Positions 27,264 through 42,635 are shown, counted from the first letter of the stretch. The stretch: 64,000 nucleotides of DNA from Mytilus trossulus (GCF_036588685.1 NC_086373.1:42346001-42410000), one strand, 5' to 3'. Notes: generated by a model not told the origin, from the sequence alone. A program made the numbers and translations.

Positions 27264-28559
27264 TAAGATTGTTTTGTACTTATAATTAAATCATACTGTG
27301 TGAGCCAATGATCTGTGTTGAAGGCCGTAACTTAACCTTCAATGGTTTACTTTTATGAATTTTTACTTGGATGGAGAGTTGTCTCATTGGCACTCATACC
27401 ACATCTTCCTATATCTATGTAGATATTGTATTCATGTTTTTATTGTAGGTGTAGAAAGGTGAGATTATAATAATAAAAAAATGATTTGATTTGATCTGAT
27501 ACATTCCTCATTTCTGTTCATAATTTTACCCAAAATGATTTCCCATGGTATTAAGTGAAAAATCTACTTCACTGACAATATTCTACTTTCAAATATTTCA
27601 AAACTGTGATCTTGTATGAAAAAGTTTTAAAAAGGGACCAGTTTATAACTTGTTTTTATTTTAATATTGGCCACTGATTGTCAACACATATGATTTATTT
27701 ATGGAATCATTTGGAAAATCTTGTTGATTTTTTACATCATACGACGACAACATATTGTGTCATGCATAGCTCAAATAAGAAGTTACTTGTGCGTTTTTTT
27801 AATCCACAAACAGTATACAGATGATCTCAGATATTTATAAGATGTAGGCAAGTCTGTTCCAAAAGTCAGACCAACATGCATTTAATTTGTTCACACATCG
27901 TTGTAAATATAATGGAATTTGATGCGACTGTCATACAAGTGAGAGGTTTAGCACTATAAAACCAGGTTCAATCCATCATATTCTACATTTGAAAATGTCT
28001 GTACCAAGTCAGGAATATGACAGTTGTTGTCCATTTGTTTGATGTGTTTTATCATTTGATTTTGCCATTTGATTAGGGACTTTCAGTTTTTAATTTTCCT
28101 CAGAGTTAAGTATTTTTTGTGATTTTACTTTTCATTTTATATATATAAGTCAGGTAAAACTATAAGTTACACTAAGTCTCTTTATATCGTTAAATCCTCT
28201 ACATTCTCAAAAAATAAAAAAATCAGTGTTAACATGTTAAACATAATTATAACACTACAAAGATGATTTAACCAATATTTCATCCATTTTGTAGATTGAC
28301 AGAACTGAAGTTGAAGATCATCAATGTTTTCAATGTGTTTAAAAAAAAAAAACCCACAAATTCGGAAAGAAAAAACCCAATTTTCACTGTTAGGTATCAA
28401 ACTTCAACTATTTTCTATTATTGTGACTTTCTGACCGGAATAATGTTGATTCGCAAGAGGGAATTCACGGTTATCTCTTGATGGTATATAAAAAAAATAT
28501 GTTATTTCTATTGTTATCTCTTATATGTAAACTTTCCCATTGGTAATGAAGATGTCGGT

Positions 28560-29200
28560 CCCTTGAAACGGACGTGAAGATGAGTTTGTTAACAGTGCTG
28601 ATAAAGTATTTGTTTCTATCTATATCAGGCGATTGGCTGCTACTAGTATTCAATTTTGGTTGACTTGATGTGTTTTCATCAGTAAAAACAGATTCAAATC
28701 TATGGTTATGTGCTTCTGCTTTCCCTTTGCTTTCTTCTTTTTGAACGATTGGTGGTGCATTAGTCTCTTTTCTTTGATTTAATATATTGCCAAACAACAG
28801 GTGCTATTCTCTCACCCTCTTCCAACTACTTCCAATATTTTTGAAATAAAGTTTTGATGTGCTTCTTCTAATTCATTGTTTCATTGTAAGTACGTTTTCC
28901 CAGGTTGTAAACCCTTAGTGTAGAGCATCACATAAACCCCCCCCCCCCCCTTTATTCTTTTACTGAATAAAGAAAAATAGTATAAGAAATTACAGAAAAC
29001 GATATGAAGACATCATCTTTTCTCTCAACCTTCTGAATACTTTTCCTCCTGATATTCCCTTACTTGACCGTTAAAATAATTTGTTAATTTCTCGATCTTC
29101 TCAGATTATTCGATGCATGACCATATGTTCTAAATATTTGTCCCTTTAGATCTTCAATTTGTAAGAATGCAATGCAATTTGGTTTGCTTTCTTCGGGTTC
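28560..29200 (-). pseudogene. Degraded LINE ORF2 fragment (tether region between endonuclease and RT)
   Basis: Across frames it reads WQYIKSKKRD..KGKAEA.N.RFESVFTDEN..PDI, similar to CR1-group ORF2, with multiple stops and frameshifts. Confidence 0.5.
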
Positions 29201-32025
29201 ATCATTTAAAAGCTGATATAAAACTAAAAAACTTCTAAACCGTATAATTCATTTCAAGAAAAAAGTTTCCATTTTCTTCTCAATCTCTGTCTTTTTGTAA
29301 CTAAATAAGTAATATTTTTGTCTCCCTTTTTTTTTTTTTTTTATCAATATGAGTTTCAAGAAATGTTGGTGAATCCAAATTAATAAAATGCTTAGCCGAG
29401 CGCAGCTGGATAAGACTGCAGAGGTCCAACCACGAACAATTGGGGCAAACATTTGACACAATATTCGCACTTGAGACAGGTCTGAAATCAATAAAATGTT
29501 TATTTTTATGCCTTTGTGCAATACACTATACTGTTTGGGAAATTGCCCCCCCCCCTCCAATAAAATATTTATTTTAACACCCTTTTTTTGGAAAAAAAAA
29601 ATATTTGAAGAAATTTTCTAGTTAATTTTTGAAATCTTGAGAACAAATTGTCCCCAACACCCAATTTTTTTGAAAACTCTACATAACCCCCCTTTTTACC
29701 ACAAAAAAATATTCTTTCCTTCAAGAAATGGTCATAATCTCAATTCAAATTTCCAATGGATTTACTTAAAATTCTTTCTTCAATACATTATTAAAAAAAT
29801 TTGCTATCTCTTGTATTACAATGTATTCGTGTTTAATTTGTAGTTGCGATAGCCTAAATTAAGAATCTTAACAAGATTTTAATCACCACAAATAACATTG
29901 GTCATATCATAATAAGTTCAGAACTGTCCAAATTGACCTATATAATAACACTGCATGGATTTTTTCTTCACAAATGCAATACCTTAAAATATTGCTTGCT
30001 AAATTTTGGTTCAATACTTCAATAGTGCATGTATGGAGCAGTAGCACTTGAGATATACATGTATGGAGCAGTAGCACTTGAGACACACATGTATTGCCAT
30101 AGATGGTCTGCAAACTCTCAAAATATATTGTAAGGCATTAATAAGATATGGTTAAGACCTTTAATGTTGCTGTACAACCATTCATTTTGTGTGTCTGGTA
30201 TTAATGGTTACAAGTATCAATATTTTTAGTTTTTTATGGTTGATTTTTAGTAAGCATGTTATAATGAACTGTTTGTTTTTTTACTGACCAAGTTTGCAAA
30301 TTCTGCCTACAGAAAATCCATCAATTTTGTGTGCCTATTTCTAATTATGTATCTTAGAACATGTTGGGTTATAAATTTTCTTGTGTCCATCTATTAGAGC
30401 TGAATGTTGATTTCAAGTCCTAAGTCCTCTCTTTAGAATTAATCAATAAGTGTATAGATATGTGGTGCATAAGAGCATGTCCATCCTTGAAGTCTGCATG
30501 GTGACACATAGCTGCAGTTCCTAGGTGACACACAGATGTCTATTTTTGGTAAACTCTCGTTCTCTGGTTCTGTTTCATTGCTTTTTACTCTGTACCTATT
30601 TCTACTTTAAGTGAGGTGTATCTTATAGATCATAACTTTTATATAATGTATTTTCTTACTACTATTTAGACTGTTTACTTAAAACTGCATAAATAAAATC
30701 TGAAAAAAGCACAAAAATACGGACCTCTAAGAACGCTATACCTTAATCTAAACTTAACAATTTGAAGGTCTCTCAACTTATTATTCAACTCAATCGCAGC
30801 TGTAGTGATTTCTGACTTCACCAAGAAAGTTGTTCCATACGAAAAATGAATGATATTTTAGACATTCAGAAAACAGAACAAAGGGCTTGGATTCTAGTTC
30901 ATGAATTGAACATTATTTTTGTTTTTATATATTTTAATGGTTTTTACTTCTTATGCATATACAGGTAATGTAAAAAAAAGTCATGTACTAAATGAATATT
31001 TATAATATCTGCACAGACAATAACAAAAATGCAGTATAGAAACTATTATGATTGGGTATTTTCATCAAATCTGCATGAAGTATTGTGATGAAATGATGAG
31101 TAGCAGCACATTTTGACATTGAAAAAATGACAACTGGTCTGTAAAAGTACATGTATATGGATTTTCTGAATATTTGTTAATGAAGTTCATGCAGTTAAAT
31201 GTTTTGTTCTGTATCAAACTTGCAACCCAGAAAATAACTTCATTTCTCTGAACATCAATCAACTACATTGTACTACCTCATGCAAATTTGACAACTGCTA
31301 GCTTAGGACTGTTTATTGTATGGGAAGAGGAAATGAAAAATGGTGGGTGTTGATATTTTTCAATCATACAAAAATAAATATATTTTTTTTTATAATTTCA
31401 TATGGGATTCTAAAAAAAATATTCCTCCACTCACATAACTTTGTGGAACAGTCCTTCCAACCATTTTAAAGATATAAACTAAAAGCACAGCTTTAGTATG
31501 AATAAAATGAAATACATTATTTAGAAAACTAACAAGACACATCAACTAATAAATGCATTCTGAAGTAAAGTAAACAAGTTAATTGCAGATACATGTACAT
31601 TCAATATAGAAAACAAAGTAATCAATACTTTTAATATTTTCCATTGTTTTGTAAAACTTCAAACATAAAAGACAAGATAGAAGTTGAAATTGGGCACTGC
31701 ACATAATAAATAAATAATTCTATATATAGATTTTTACATAATATACTTGTGTGTAGATAAAACTGCATAAATTCATGTATCTAAAAATTTTCTCAGTTAA
31801 AATATATTTACAAAACTATATCTTCAGAAAGTGTATTAAATATTACATATCAAACAATTAGAAAGATATGATAGATAAAAGATAAAATAGAAACAGAAAT
31901 TCAGTTCAAAGGTAGATAATAATATGATAATCAGACATTAGACATTTTTTGGTTGGAAAAGAGGGGGGTGGTAATTTCATTCAGCAGGTTCATTAGTAGG
32001 ATCAAGGGAATTTTTCATAGTCTTA

Positions 32026-32424
32026 CAATTGACCACTTTCGAGTTCATCCGTCACCGAAAAAAACTCGTCAATTATATGCGCCTTTATCACCGTCATTTG
32101 TGCGTTAAGGGGCGTTGTCACTTCCCTTCCAATGTTGAGCGAGTGGTTGGAAAACTATAATTCTATACTGTACGAATTATTCGGCAAATTGAATTCTCAA
32201 AATTGACAATCAACACTGCTGTCATTAGGGAATTGTCAGTAAGTACCTACAGAGCAACCATTATTTCTAGTTTATCCTGCACAAAGACGATCACTAAGAC
32301 ACTTGATGAACGTAAATAGTGCAGGGATACAGGCGACCCCCTCTATCTGGTTAATGACGTCATAAAGGCGTGCATAATTGACGAGTTTTTGCCGGTGACA
32401 GATGAACTCGAAAGTGGTCTATTG
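32026..32424. mobile_element. MITE with ~60-bp TIRs
   Basis: GACCACTTTCGAGTTCATC.GTCACCG.AAAAACTCGTCAATTAT and its reverse complement at the two ends; absent from copy A. Confidence 0.8.
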
Positions 32425-34236
32425 GCTTTTGTGTATAAAAAGTTTTTGTTTTAAGAATAACATACATATGAGCAGTTTTCTTTGTAAGGTGAAATATGCA
32501 TAACACTACTTACATCAGTGGTACATTTTGATGTCATATTGATAGATGGTGTAAAGATAAAAATAGATTAATTGTTTGGTGGTTGCTTAATCTCCAACTG
32601 CATGAATCATATGCATGATTTTTAAAAATATAAAAATGATGGGAAAATTCTACACTGCATATTTGTTCTTATTTACAAATAATATATGGATATAAAAGTA
32701 TACAATTTGTTATAAAAAATTAGTCTTTTATATCATAGAAAAACAAACTGCTGCTTATTTGAATTTGAACACATCATCTGGTATTGAGACATATGTTGTG
32801 TGATGTCTGATTGTATGGTTGTAATACTGGGTACCTCAAATATGGCAGTGATTTTGACTATATTTTAAGGTTTCTTCATGATTTTCTTTTCAAATTAATT
32901 CAGCAATATATATTATTTAAAACCCTCTCTATTAAAAAATTCTACTTATTTCCAAATCATGTAAATTTTACATCTAAACTGTAGTTGTTTTACATTCAAT
33001 CAGTTTTCAAATTTAAAACTTAACTTCTTCACTGGGATCAAAATGTTAATAAATTTCGTCCATAAATGAAACACAATTAAAACCTTACAATAAAAAAAAA
33101 GAAAGAGAGACCTTACAAACACATATCTTAAACAAAATTAAACTTAATATAACAAACAAACTAGCAATATACACTGCTAGAACAAAACATAGGATAACAA
33201 CAACATTCAGGAAAATAGCACTACTAAATTATAACATGTATAAGTTGTTATACATGTATACAATTATAGTATGACCAAAAAAAATGCAATTTCTGTATAA
33301 AGCCTTTTCATTGTTAAATTATATTTAAAATTCTTGTATACAAATTATTTACAACAAACCATTAACATTATCAATACCACCATAAAACTTAATCAGGCAA
33401 TTTTAATTTCAAATAGATTATTATAGGTCTTACATGCACAGCAAGACTGTTCTTAAAATGCCAAAATTTATTTTTGAGTTATCTCCCATTAAAGCAAGTA
33501 TTTCAAGATATTCAAATGTTATCGATATATTGAATGGGCAAAGCTTAAGGGTTACTGTAATGAAAATAATATAACTCTTCAATAATAACTGTAATCTTAA
33601 GCTTTACAAAGTAAACACATATATACAGGTATGAATATTTGAAAACATGGATGTCCTTTATGATATGTAGGAGTATGAAATATACAATGTATGTATGTAA
33701 TTCAATATTGCTTTTCAATACAAATGAATGAACTAAAAACATCAATTATATAATGTTATTTGGTATTTGCATAGTGTAGCACTTATTAAAACATAATGCT
33801 CCTATAAGTAGTTAGTTAAGGTTCTTGTACCAAAACTATACATGTTTCAAATAGATCTATGCCATACATCTTTAAATGCAATAGTCAGAATATAAAAGTA
33901 ATAACATCATGCATATAGAAATGCACTGCAGGATTCTGTATTTGTCAAAATGCACCTGAAATAAATATAGTTTAAAGTCTATAGCTACTGTGCCATTTAA
34001 TTCTAACAAGTGAACAAAATACCAAAACTGGTTTGAATGAAGAAGACAACCTTAAGTTTCCTGAGAGTCTATCATGTCTATATAACACTTAGTCTATAAT
34101 CCAAATTCTAATAAAATGGCCATTTAATTCATTACAATATATATACATATATACATTTGTACGAAGTAAAAATTTACACTGTTACAAATGTATTAATAAA
34201 TTAGCTGCACCAATAGTTTGCTGATTCTAACAACTT

Positions 34237-37200
34237 CTAATGACTCTGTGATTTGGCTTGTATTTTCATCATCAGTTTACTGAAAAGAGAAATCATTCAT
34301 GAATGACATTTACAACAAGCACCAATAATGATATCAGTTATATTTCTCCTATATTCAATGATTTCTGAATATGTATAACCACTGAGTCTGACTGGTTTTC
34401 AGAGAAAAAAAACTCTCTATCCATCTACATAAATTGAAACATCTGCAAGTTCATAAAGTTGATTGAATTCATATAAAGTCAAAAGTTTAACTTAGTTATA
34501 CCAGTATTTTCTTTTTTATCCTTGAAGAGTGTTTAGACATTTACTTGCATGTGTGTACAATGTGTAATTAAATTTCTCAGATTTATTTTTAATGTTTTGA
34601 ATTATCTCCCCTTACCCTTCTACACAGATTTTTCTGTAATTCTCCTGGTATTAAATGTTTAATTTGTTGTAAGCAGGTATTTATTTAACACTCTAAAAGT
34701 GAGGGCAATGTATATACTAACATTGTATGCATAAAAGTTGTTAAAACAATCATGTAACTCATATGAAGGCATATTATTTACTTACTTGCACAATATTTTA
34801 ACATCCTTTAACTGATCATACAGATCCAGGTTTATTCTGTCTTGTTCTACCATCTGTCTTCTTAAATCTTCATCATCCTTCTTGGACTTCCTTAAACTTT
34901 CCTTCTGTTCCTCGATAATTGACTTCTGTTCTTCAAGTTTTGCATTCTGTTCTTCAATCAGCTGACTTTGTTCTGCTATAATCTGTTCTTTGGTCTGACC
35001 AACATGAACTTCCATATCAATTTTACTTTTCAGATTGTCTATTGTTTTGTCCTTTTGTTCACTAATTTCAATTATGGTTTTACATTTGTCATGGTTTTGC
35101 TCAATGAGATCATTAATTGTAGCACTTTGTTCATTAATTGTAGCACTTTGTTCGTCATTTCTCACATTCAGTTCTTCATTTCTCACATTCAGTTCTTCAT
35201 TTTTCACATTCAGTTTTTCATTTTTCACATTCAGTTCTTCATTTTTCACATTCAGTCCTTCATTTTTCACATTTATTTCATTAATTGTAGCACTTTGTTC
35301 TTCATTTTTCACATTTATTTCATTAATTGTAGCACGTTGTTCTTCATTTTTCACATTTATTTCATTAATTGTAGCACTCTGTTCATTAATTGTATCACTT
35401 TGTGCCTTCACTTCATCTTTTTTCTCTTTAATCATCATCTTCTGTCTCTTAATTACCGACCCATACTCTCCCTTTGTATCCTCTAAATCCCTCAACTGAC
35501 TACACTGATCACATATCTGTCTATCCTTCTGTGTTATTGTCCTCCTTAACTGGTACACATGTCTACCCTGTACTTCAGTTATGTCCCTTATTCGATTATT
35601 ATCTTCTGACTTTTGTTCCACTTCGATTTCTAGCTGGTGAATATTGTCTCTCAAGAAATTATTATCTTGTTCTAGATCCTGAACTCGCCTCAACTGACCG
35701 TTGTAAATATGTGTGACCAGATCCATTTGAGAATGTAATAATTGCTGTTCATCTCTTTCATGATAAATTTCATCATCTTTCTTCTCTATAGTTCTCATCA
35801 TTTCAGCTGTAATAAATTTTAAAAGTATGATTTCAAACTATAATATAAAAAAGAAGATGCGGTATGATTGCCAATGAGACAACTATCCACAAAAAAAACC
35901 AAAATGACACAAACATTAACAATTATAGGTCACCATACGGCCTTCAACAATGAGCAAAGCCCATACCGCATAGTCAGCTATAAAAGGCCCCAATAAGACA
36001 ATGTAAAACAATTCAAGCGAGAAAACTAACAGCCTTATTTATGTAAAAAAAATGAACGAAAAACGTTAGTTTTCTCGCTTGAATTGTTTTACATTGTCTT
36101 ATAGGGGCCTTTTATAGCTGACTATATGCGGTATGGGCTTTGCTCATTGTTGAAGGCCGTACGGTGACCTATAATTGTTAATGTTTGTGTCATTTTGGTC
36201 TTTTGTAGATAGTTGTCTCATTGGCAATCATACCACATCTTCTTTTTTATATTAACTCATCAGATAGACAAAAAATATATTATCTAAGACAGACATTTTT
36301 CATAAATCTTAAAATGGGGGATAACTCTATTTTCACATATAACACTTGTATACACATATACATTCATCAAATTGAGAAATTGGGAAAACTAAATGCAAAT
36401 GCAATATAACTGTTGGATCTGATTAGTTTGTCTTTTATCCATCATCTTTAAACAATTCTGGCCTTTGAGTGGAATCTTAAAGCAAATGTCTATTACTTTA
36501 ATATATAAATATTATTCATCTTGCTTATTCTTTAGTTTTCTATGATGTGTCATGTGTTCTAATGTTTGTCTGTTTGTCTTTTTTTTAATTTTTACCCATG
36601 GCGTTGTCAGTTTATTTTCGATTTATGAGTTTGACTGTCCCTCTGGTATCTTTTGTCCCCCTTTTATTGCTGTCGGTGTGAGCCAAAGCTCCATGTTGAA
36701 GACTTCTTTGACCTATAATGGTTCACTTTTACAAATTGTGACTTGGATGGATAGTTGTCTCACTAGCACTTATACCACATCTTCTTATATCTTTAACATG
36801 AAACCACCAATTGTACAAACCCACAAACTAGGAATATTGACATCTGCATGTAAAATTGATTTCTCAAATGTTTTGCAAAAAGCCCCAAATAATAACTAGT
36901 CAAAAGAAACTCTGCTTGACATATAAGGTATCATTTAATATATTTGATTTAAATTTTTTCAAACAGACTAAAATGCTTTCTTGTTTCAATATTATAAACA
37001 GTTTGAAAGATTTAAGAACTCTGTACATTACAATGAAATCAATGCATTTTCAAAATAAGAATAAACATTACAGCATAGTAAAATGATTTGAACTTTCAAC
37101 CAACTATATCATTTAACATTACGGTATATCTAAAGATTATTAACAACAAAGTTTCCTTTTTTATAACAAGAAGATAATTCATGACTATGAAATGTTTGAT

Positions 37201-40200
37201 TTCAATGTACTATCAGAGTTTGGTTGAACAATCCAAACATTTACTATACCTAATGACTGAGTCCTTCTTTTAGTTTTATTACCTCTCCAGTTATTGATAA
37301 AGATTCTGTACTGTGAGCAGCTTGGTAGTTCTCCTGAAAGCAGAAGAAAATATGAAAAACTTATATCTTTAATTTGTTAAGAAATATAGGTATTCTAATT
37401 TTTCATCTCTTTTTTCTTCTTTGCACTAATATTGCCAACTTTTCTTTCCAAAAAAAAAAGAAAAAAGAGGAGAACTGAAATTGAAATCACAGGACAATAC
37501 CCACTCCACATACTACTAATATATAAGCTAAGCTGGAAATAAATCAACCTTATGCAAGTGCACATATACATCTACATGTATAAATCTCTGATTGATTTTG
37601 GAATATTCAAATACGAAATAAAAGATGAATTTTTGTATAATTTGTAGGGTTTTTATAACAACCCAATGTTCAAGTAGTTGCAAACTTTCCTTAGAGATTT
37701 GTTCAAACCCAAAAAGGTTTAACAGATGACTAAATGATGTGTTACTTTGTTTGCATAAGGTTTGATTGTTATCCAACCAAGCTCATATGAAAAAAAAGTT
37801 TAATTATCTCCCTTTAAACATGATAGACTTTATGATTAAAATCTGTTATTTTCATCCTTGGTAGTTCTTCACAACCATCACAGTATCATCAATATCAGTT
37901 AAGCTATTTTCTAAGGGCTCTTCCAGAAAAAAATGTATGGGGGGGGGGGTTGGAAGGCAGTTTTTGTCAGCACCCGCCACCCAGGCAATTATAATTGACA
38001 ATTATAGTGCATTATAGTGTGAAAAGTTGCTCTGATACCCATCACCCATGTATTATTAATACAATGTGCCTTAAACCCCCCCCCCCCCCCTTACATCTTT
38101 TTCTGGAATAGCCCTAATGACAAATAGTCAGACAGACTGACAGATTGAAGTAATTGAATTCAATTATCTCCCCTTTAACATGTTGAAATGGTAGGATTAA
38201 ATTTCTAAATACACATCCTCGGGTAGTGTTCTACAAATATTGGTCTAGCTGTTTTGAAGAAATTCCAATTGTGCTTACATGGCACATGAACAGATGGGCC
38301 TGACATGTGGATATACATGAACCATCAGCCCTTCCGCCTCTATTGAGGTGAAATTAGGTAACCAACAAACCAAAGACACATACCTTACAATTAAAGGTCA
38401 CAAATTAATGTAAGCTTAAATTTTAAAACTGGTACTCAAACTGTTGATAGTTTCAATCTGAACAAATAGATACCATACAGGTCAATTCAGAAGTAAGGCT
38501 TTTCATACAAATTTGGACAAAACAGTGATCTCATATTTTTAACACTGAGATGAACTTTTTGCAAACAATTGCTTATGATTCCAAAATAAAACAATGGGTA
38601 ATCCAAATTAAAGTCACTCTTGTTGGTGATTATAATTGCTAACTCTATCAAACTAAAAATTATTTTTGAGCTGCAGACCAAATATAGAATCATGTTCTTC
38701 CATGGTGAAGTTTTTAAGTTATGCTTTCACCTATGGTACATGTATGTAAAACTATGACAGGGAAATCAATTTAAAGCACTGGGTTTTTAGTTTGCACCCA
38801 ATGAAACACTATCAAAAGTGATTTTTAAGTGAATCATCTTTCATTCACTGTCCAAAATAAACATGGTATACTAATAAAGTCAATCCCTGTCATTAAAATG
38901 GTCAAAATGTACAAAGTAAATAGATGGAAGCCGTGCAGTTTATTACATAATGAAGTTTCATCTTATTTACCTTTCTGTACATAATATTGGTCCCATGCTA
39001 ACTGTAAATCTTCAACACTAAATCTTGTTAATAAAAACTCTTTATTTTCATTTTGTTGTTCCTGTGTGAGCGATCTCCAATCTGATAAAAAGACAGATTC
39101 ACAGTTGAAAAAATTTCTTTAACTGTACATTTAACAATTTTTATTAGAATAAACTCTCTGTAGTTCTCATTACATGGATACCTGTGAAATTAGCACTTTG
39201 AGTGCCCAGTACCTTTTTTTTTTATCATTGTGTGTCATTTTTTTAAAGATATTTACATGTGTTTTTATCAACATGCATAATTAACATATCAAATATATTT
39301 TTAAATCTCAAATTATTTTCAATATCAACAAAGAATCTTTAAAAAATGCAGTTTTAATTCATATGCAAGAAGATCTATTGTTATTTTTTACTGTAGGTCA
39401 ATTTTGCACTGATTTTTAAAAGAATAATAAGAAACAATTTTGATACTCATATGTCATGTATGTGTTATCTCATTACTACTGATCAGAACATCTGCTGTGT
39501 ATTTTTGTTAGATATATTTCTATTTGTATCCATCTGATAAGTTAAGCCTTTTTCAACTCATATTTATGGTTCACTTTTGTGTTGTACTTTAACACTGATG
39601 TTCCAGGTGAGGTGGAGAGTTGGGATATAGCCTTCATGTTTAACTACGCCACATTCTGTATATATGTGTCTGTCCCAAGTCAGGAGCCTGTAATTCAGTG
39701 ATTGTGGTTTGTTGCTGTATTATATATTTGGTTTTCTTTCACTTTTTGGTACATAAATTAGGCTGTTGGTTTTCTCATTTAATTTTTTTTTACATTCGTC
39801 ATATCTCTTATGCAGCTTTTCTGAAATCGCAATAATTAATCTCAAATTCAATTTACATTTTTGTCCATTCTTCAAAAAAGCAATAATAAATGCATGCCAT
39901 TATTTCTGAGTACATGGTACATTTAATTTTATTAATTTAACACTGTTTATTTTTGTAGACTCTTTTTTTCACCTCTATGTGACTTTTTTTTTATTGATGT
40001 TGTATTGTTGTTTCATTGACAAAAAACCCATATCTGTTTATCCCCTCCCTCAGTCCTAGTTGCAATGTTTTACCAATTATATTACCTGAAAGTTTTCCCC
40101 AAATATCACTATCTACTGGAACTGTTCCACCTGTATCATGTTGGTGAACTACACCTTCCAAGTTTGGATGAGGAAAGGTTTCAATCATATGCTTCACTTC

Positions 40201-40740
40201 TTCTATATGGCTTGCATCCTTAGGTGGCCTACCTGTTTTAATGAAATAAAATTTAAATTCACAAATTATCTTGCAGCATTGATTTATTGAAAAATTCCAT
40301 TGATCATACATTGTACATTGATCATGAACATTTTGATTTGGCAAATATACATTACACAGAATGTTTATATTTTAATATAAAAAAAAATAATAAAAAAAAA
40401 TACTGAACTGCGAGGGAAATTCTATACCAAAAGTCCTTAATATAATGGCAAAATCAAAACACATCTAACAAAAAAGGAAAACAACTGTCATATAAATTTG
40501 TCAACTCCACATGGTGATTCAATTAAAACAACCACTCTTTGTTGTGAAGGCTGGTGAATGGGTTATTCACTGTAAAACACTGTGGTTGGTTAAAAAAATT
40601 CTGTCAATTTACAACCTTTGGATTTAAGCATATTGAGAATGAATGAAACATCTGAAATTTTGTGAATAATAAGTTTTATTGGAAGAAAAATATACAGATA
40701 CATGAATAATAAAAATTTCATAACTACCTGTGAAAGTCAT
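34237..40740 (-). CDS. Spliced orphan coiled-coil protein, paralogue B (~472 aa)
   Basis: Exons 40740-40728 (ATG inside exon 40799-40728), 40232-40086, 39081-38971, 37333-37250, 35806-34786 and 34279-34237 (TAG). Exon sizes and phases match paralogue A except the repeat exon (1021 vs 925 nt). Confidence 0.8.
35841..36254. repeat. ~190-bp-arm inverted repeat built from the SINE-like repeat
   Basis: 35841-36030 is the near-exact reverse complement of 36065-36254, with a 34-bp spacer. Confidence 0.9.
37915..38114. mobile_element. PIF/Harbinger-type (Tourist-like) MITE, 200 bp
   Basis: TAA|GGGCTCTTCCAGAAAAAA...TTTTTTCTGGAATAGCCC|TAA, with internal poly-G and poly-C mirror tracts. Confidence 0.8.
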
Positions 40741-42635
40741 AATTGTCTCCCTTGTCTGTAATATTTTTCTTGTGTTTAAGTCTTCTGTAACTTGTGCAAC
40801 TACAAAAACAGAGAATATAAAGCATATCAAAAGTGTTAAACCCGAAAAATCAAAATGTGTGACACATGGCTTAAGAGTAAAAAGGCATTTCGTCAAGTTC
40901 TGAATTTGTTTGGACCTATTTAACATACTGTTTACATATGCATGCATGTACCGGGAACTTCATTTACTTCCGTTGAAGATCAAGCAACATGCCAAATAAC
41001 ATGCCAGCTTATCTGATGAGTGTTTACCCTCAGAATATGCATGTTATTTTATGTATAAACAGTGATGGTAATCTGTTGACTCTTGCACATGTATGTATTT
41101 GTGTTCTAAATCGAAAGTATGAAAAGCAGTGTCATAAACATTTTCAAGAGATTAGCAAAATGTTGATGGCCAATATTAATCTATTGAAATATCAATCATA
41201 CAACTCTCTCATTAATATTCAAACTTCTTTAACATGTTCATGTACAAACATTTTCCTTCTCTTGTAATTTTTTCTCATTTCTAGACTTTAATTATTATGT
41301 ATATTATCATGTTTTTTCTTCCATATAACTATATTATGATAACATGTATAAGATCATATAAGAGTTTGATTCTTAAAGAAATGTTTAAACTCTGAGGGAC
41401 TCCGCAAGGTGACATTACATATCTAGTTCCATAAGGCTATATTTTCTGTATTAACAATAAAATCAGATTGATACCGTTCAAGCATGTTTCCTAGAATAAT
41501 ATTGTTAAATCAAAGTTTGCTACCTTTTTCTAACATATAACCAAGCAAGTGTTATTTAACAAATATAATGTCTACATGTAGTATATGAGCAAACATGTAC
41601 AATGTATCATACTGTTGTTAACTTCATGTATACTATAGCTTTCCAACAAGAAAATATTTCTGTATTCCATGATGTTTGTCAACTTTGTTCCAGACATTCT
41701 ACTACCAAGTTCACGCTAAGAATTTTGTATAGCTGTGTCGTTTTATATTAAGATTCATTTTAGAATTGATTGAGTGTACATTACAAAAACATACGGCAAA
41801 TATAAACATAGCGAAATACATTTTAGTAAACAATGTGGAAAAACTTCGGGAAATCTTGAGCTTTGGACGATATTTTTGACTGAATATCATTAACTGGCAA
41901 TACTGAGTATGATTGTATCATTTCATCCATGTATTAAACAAAGCAGCCAATGTGTTTTTAAGACTGTCAATACTATATCTGCAAAGATATTAAAGAAAAT
42001 GTATTTTTACCAAAGGGGGTATCCATTTTGATAAACAAATCAATCGGAAGTGCTTTTTAAATTCAGCCAATAACCAAATCTTACAACCGATAAATATTTC
42101 AACAACGGACGCAAATGAAAATTCCTTGCTTTTAAACAGGTTAAATAGTTGCCATTTTCATTTGTTTTTAAACGAAGGGTTTTATCCAGTATATAACCAC
42201 AGGTGCTTTTGACATGAATGATTTTACCCTCTCTCTTTATTTCAAAATCTGTCATTATATCTCGGTTTTCTTTCAATTTTAGTCTTTCTTCAAGGATTTG
42301 TATCAGCAGTATAAATGTCATGAATGTAGTTATCAAAGTTGTACAAAATTGAACATGTAAAATGTTGTTTGTTTATAGTAAACACGTGTTTGGTTAATTA
42401 TAGTAAGGTCGGTTCGATTGGGATATTGAGTTCATGCACGAGTGAACTCAGGTGGCTTAAGGTTTATGACCCCTTCTGTGACCATTTTTGTAGGAACAAA
42501 ACTACAGATATAATGAATAATAAAGATATGCCATTTTGAACATATACCAAGGGAAAACTTGATGCAAAGCATTGTTATTTACTGTTTCATTGCATTTATT
42601 AGAAAAAGAGGACTTTGTGGCAAATAAATCAAGAT

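Larger units (their letters stand above)
30455..42190. repeat. Segmental duplication copy B
   Basis: Collinear with 6640-19290, but with different TE insertions. Confidence 0.85.

Noticed and set aside
34968-35499. Plus-strand hydrophobic repeat ORFs (172 and 154 aa; also 11606-11791)
   Set aside because: Antisense shadows of the 21-bp coding repeat in the minus-strand coiled-coil exon.
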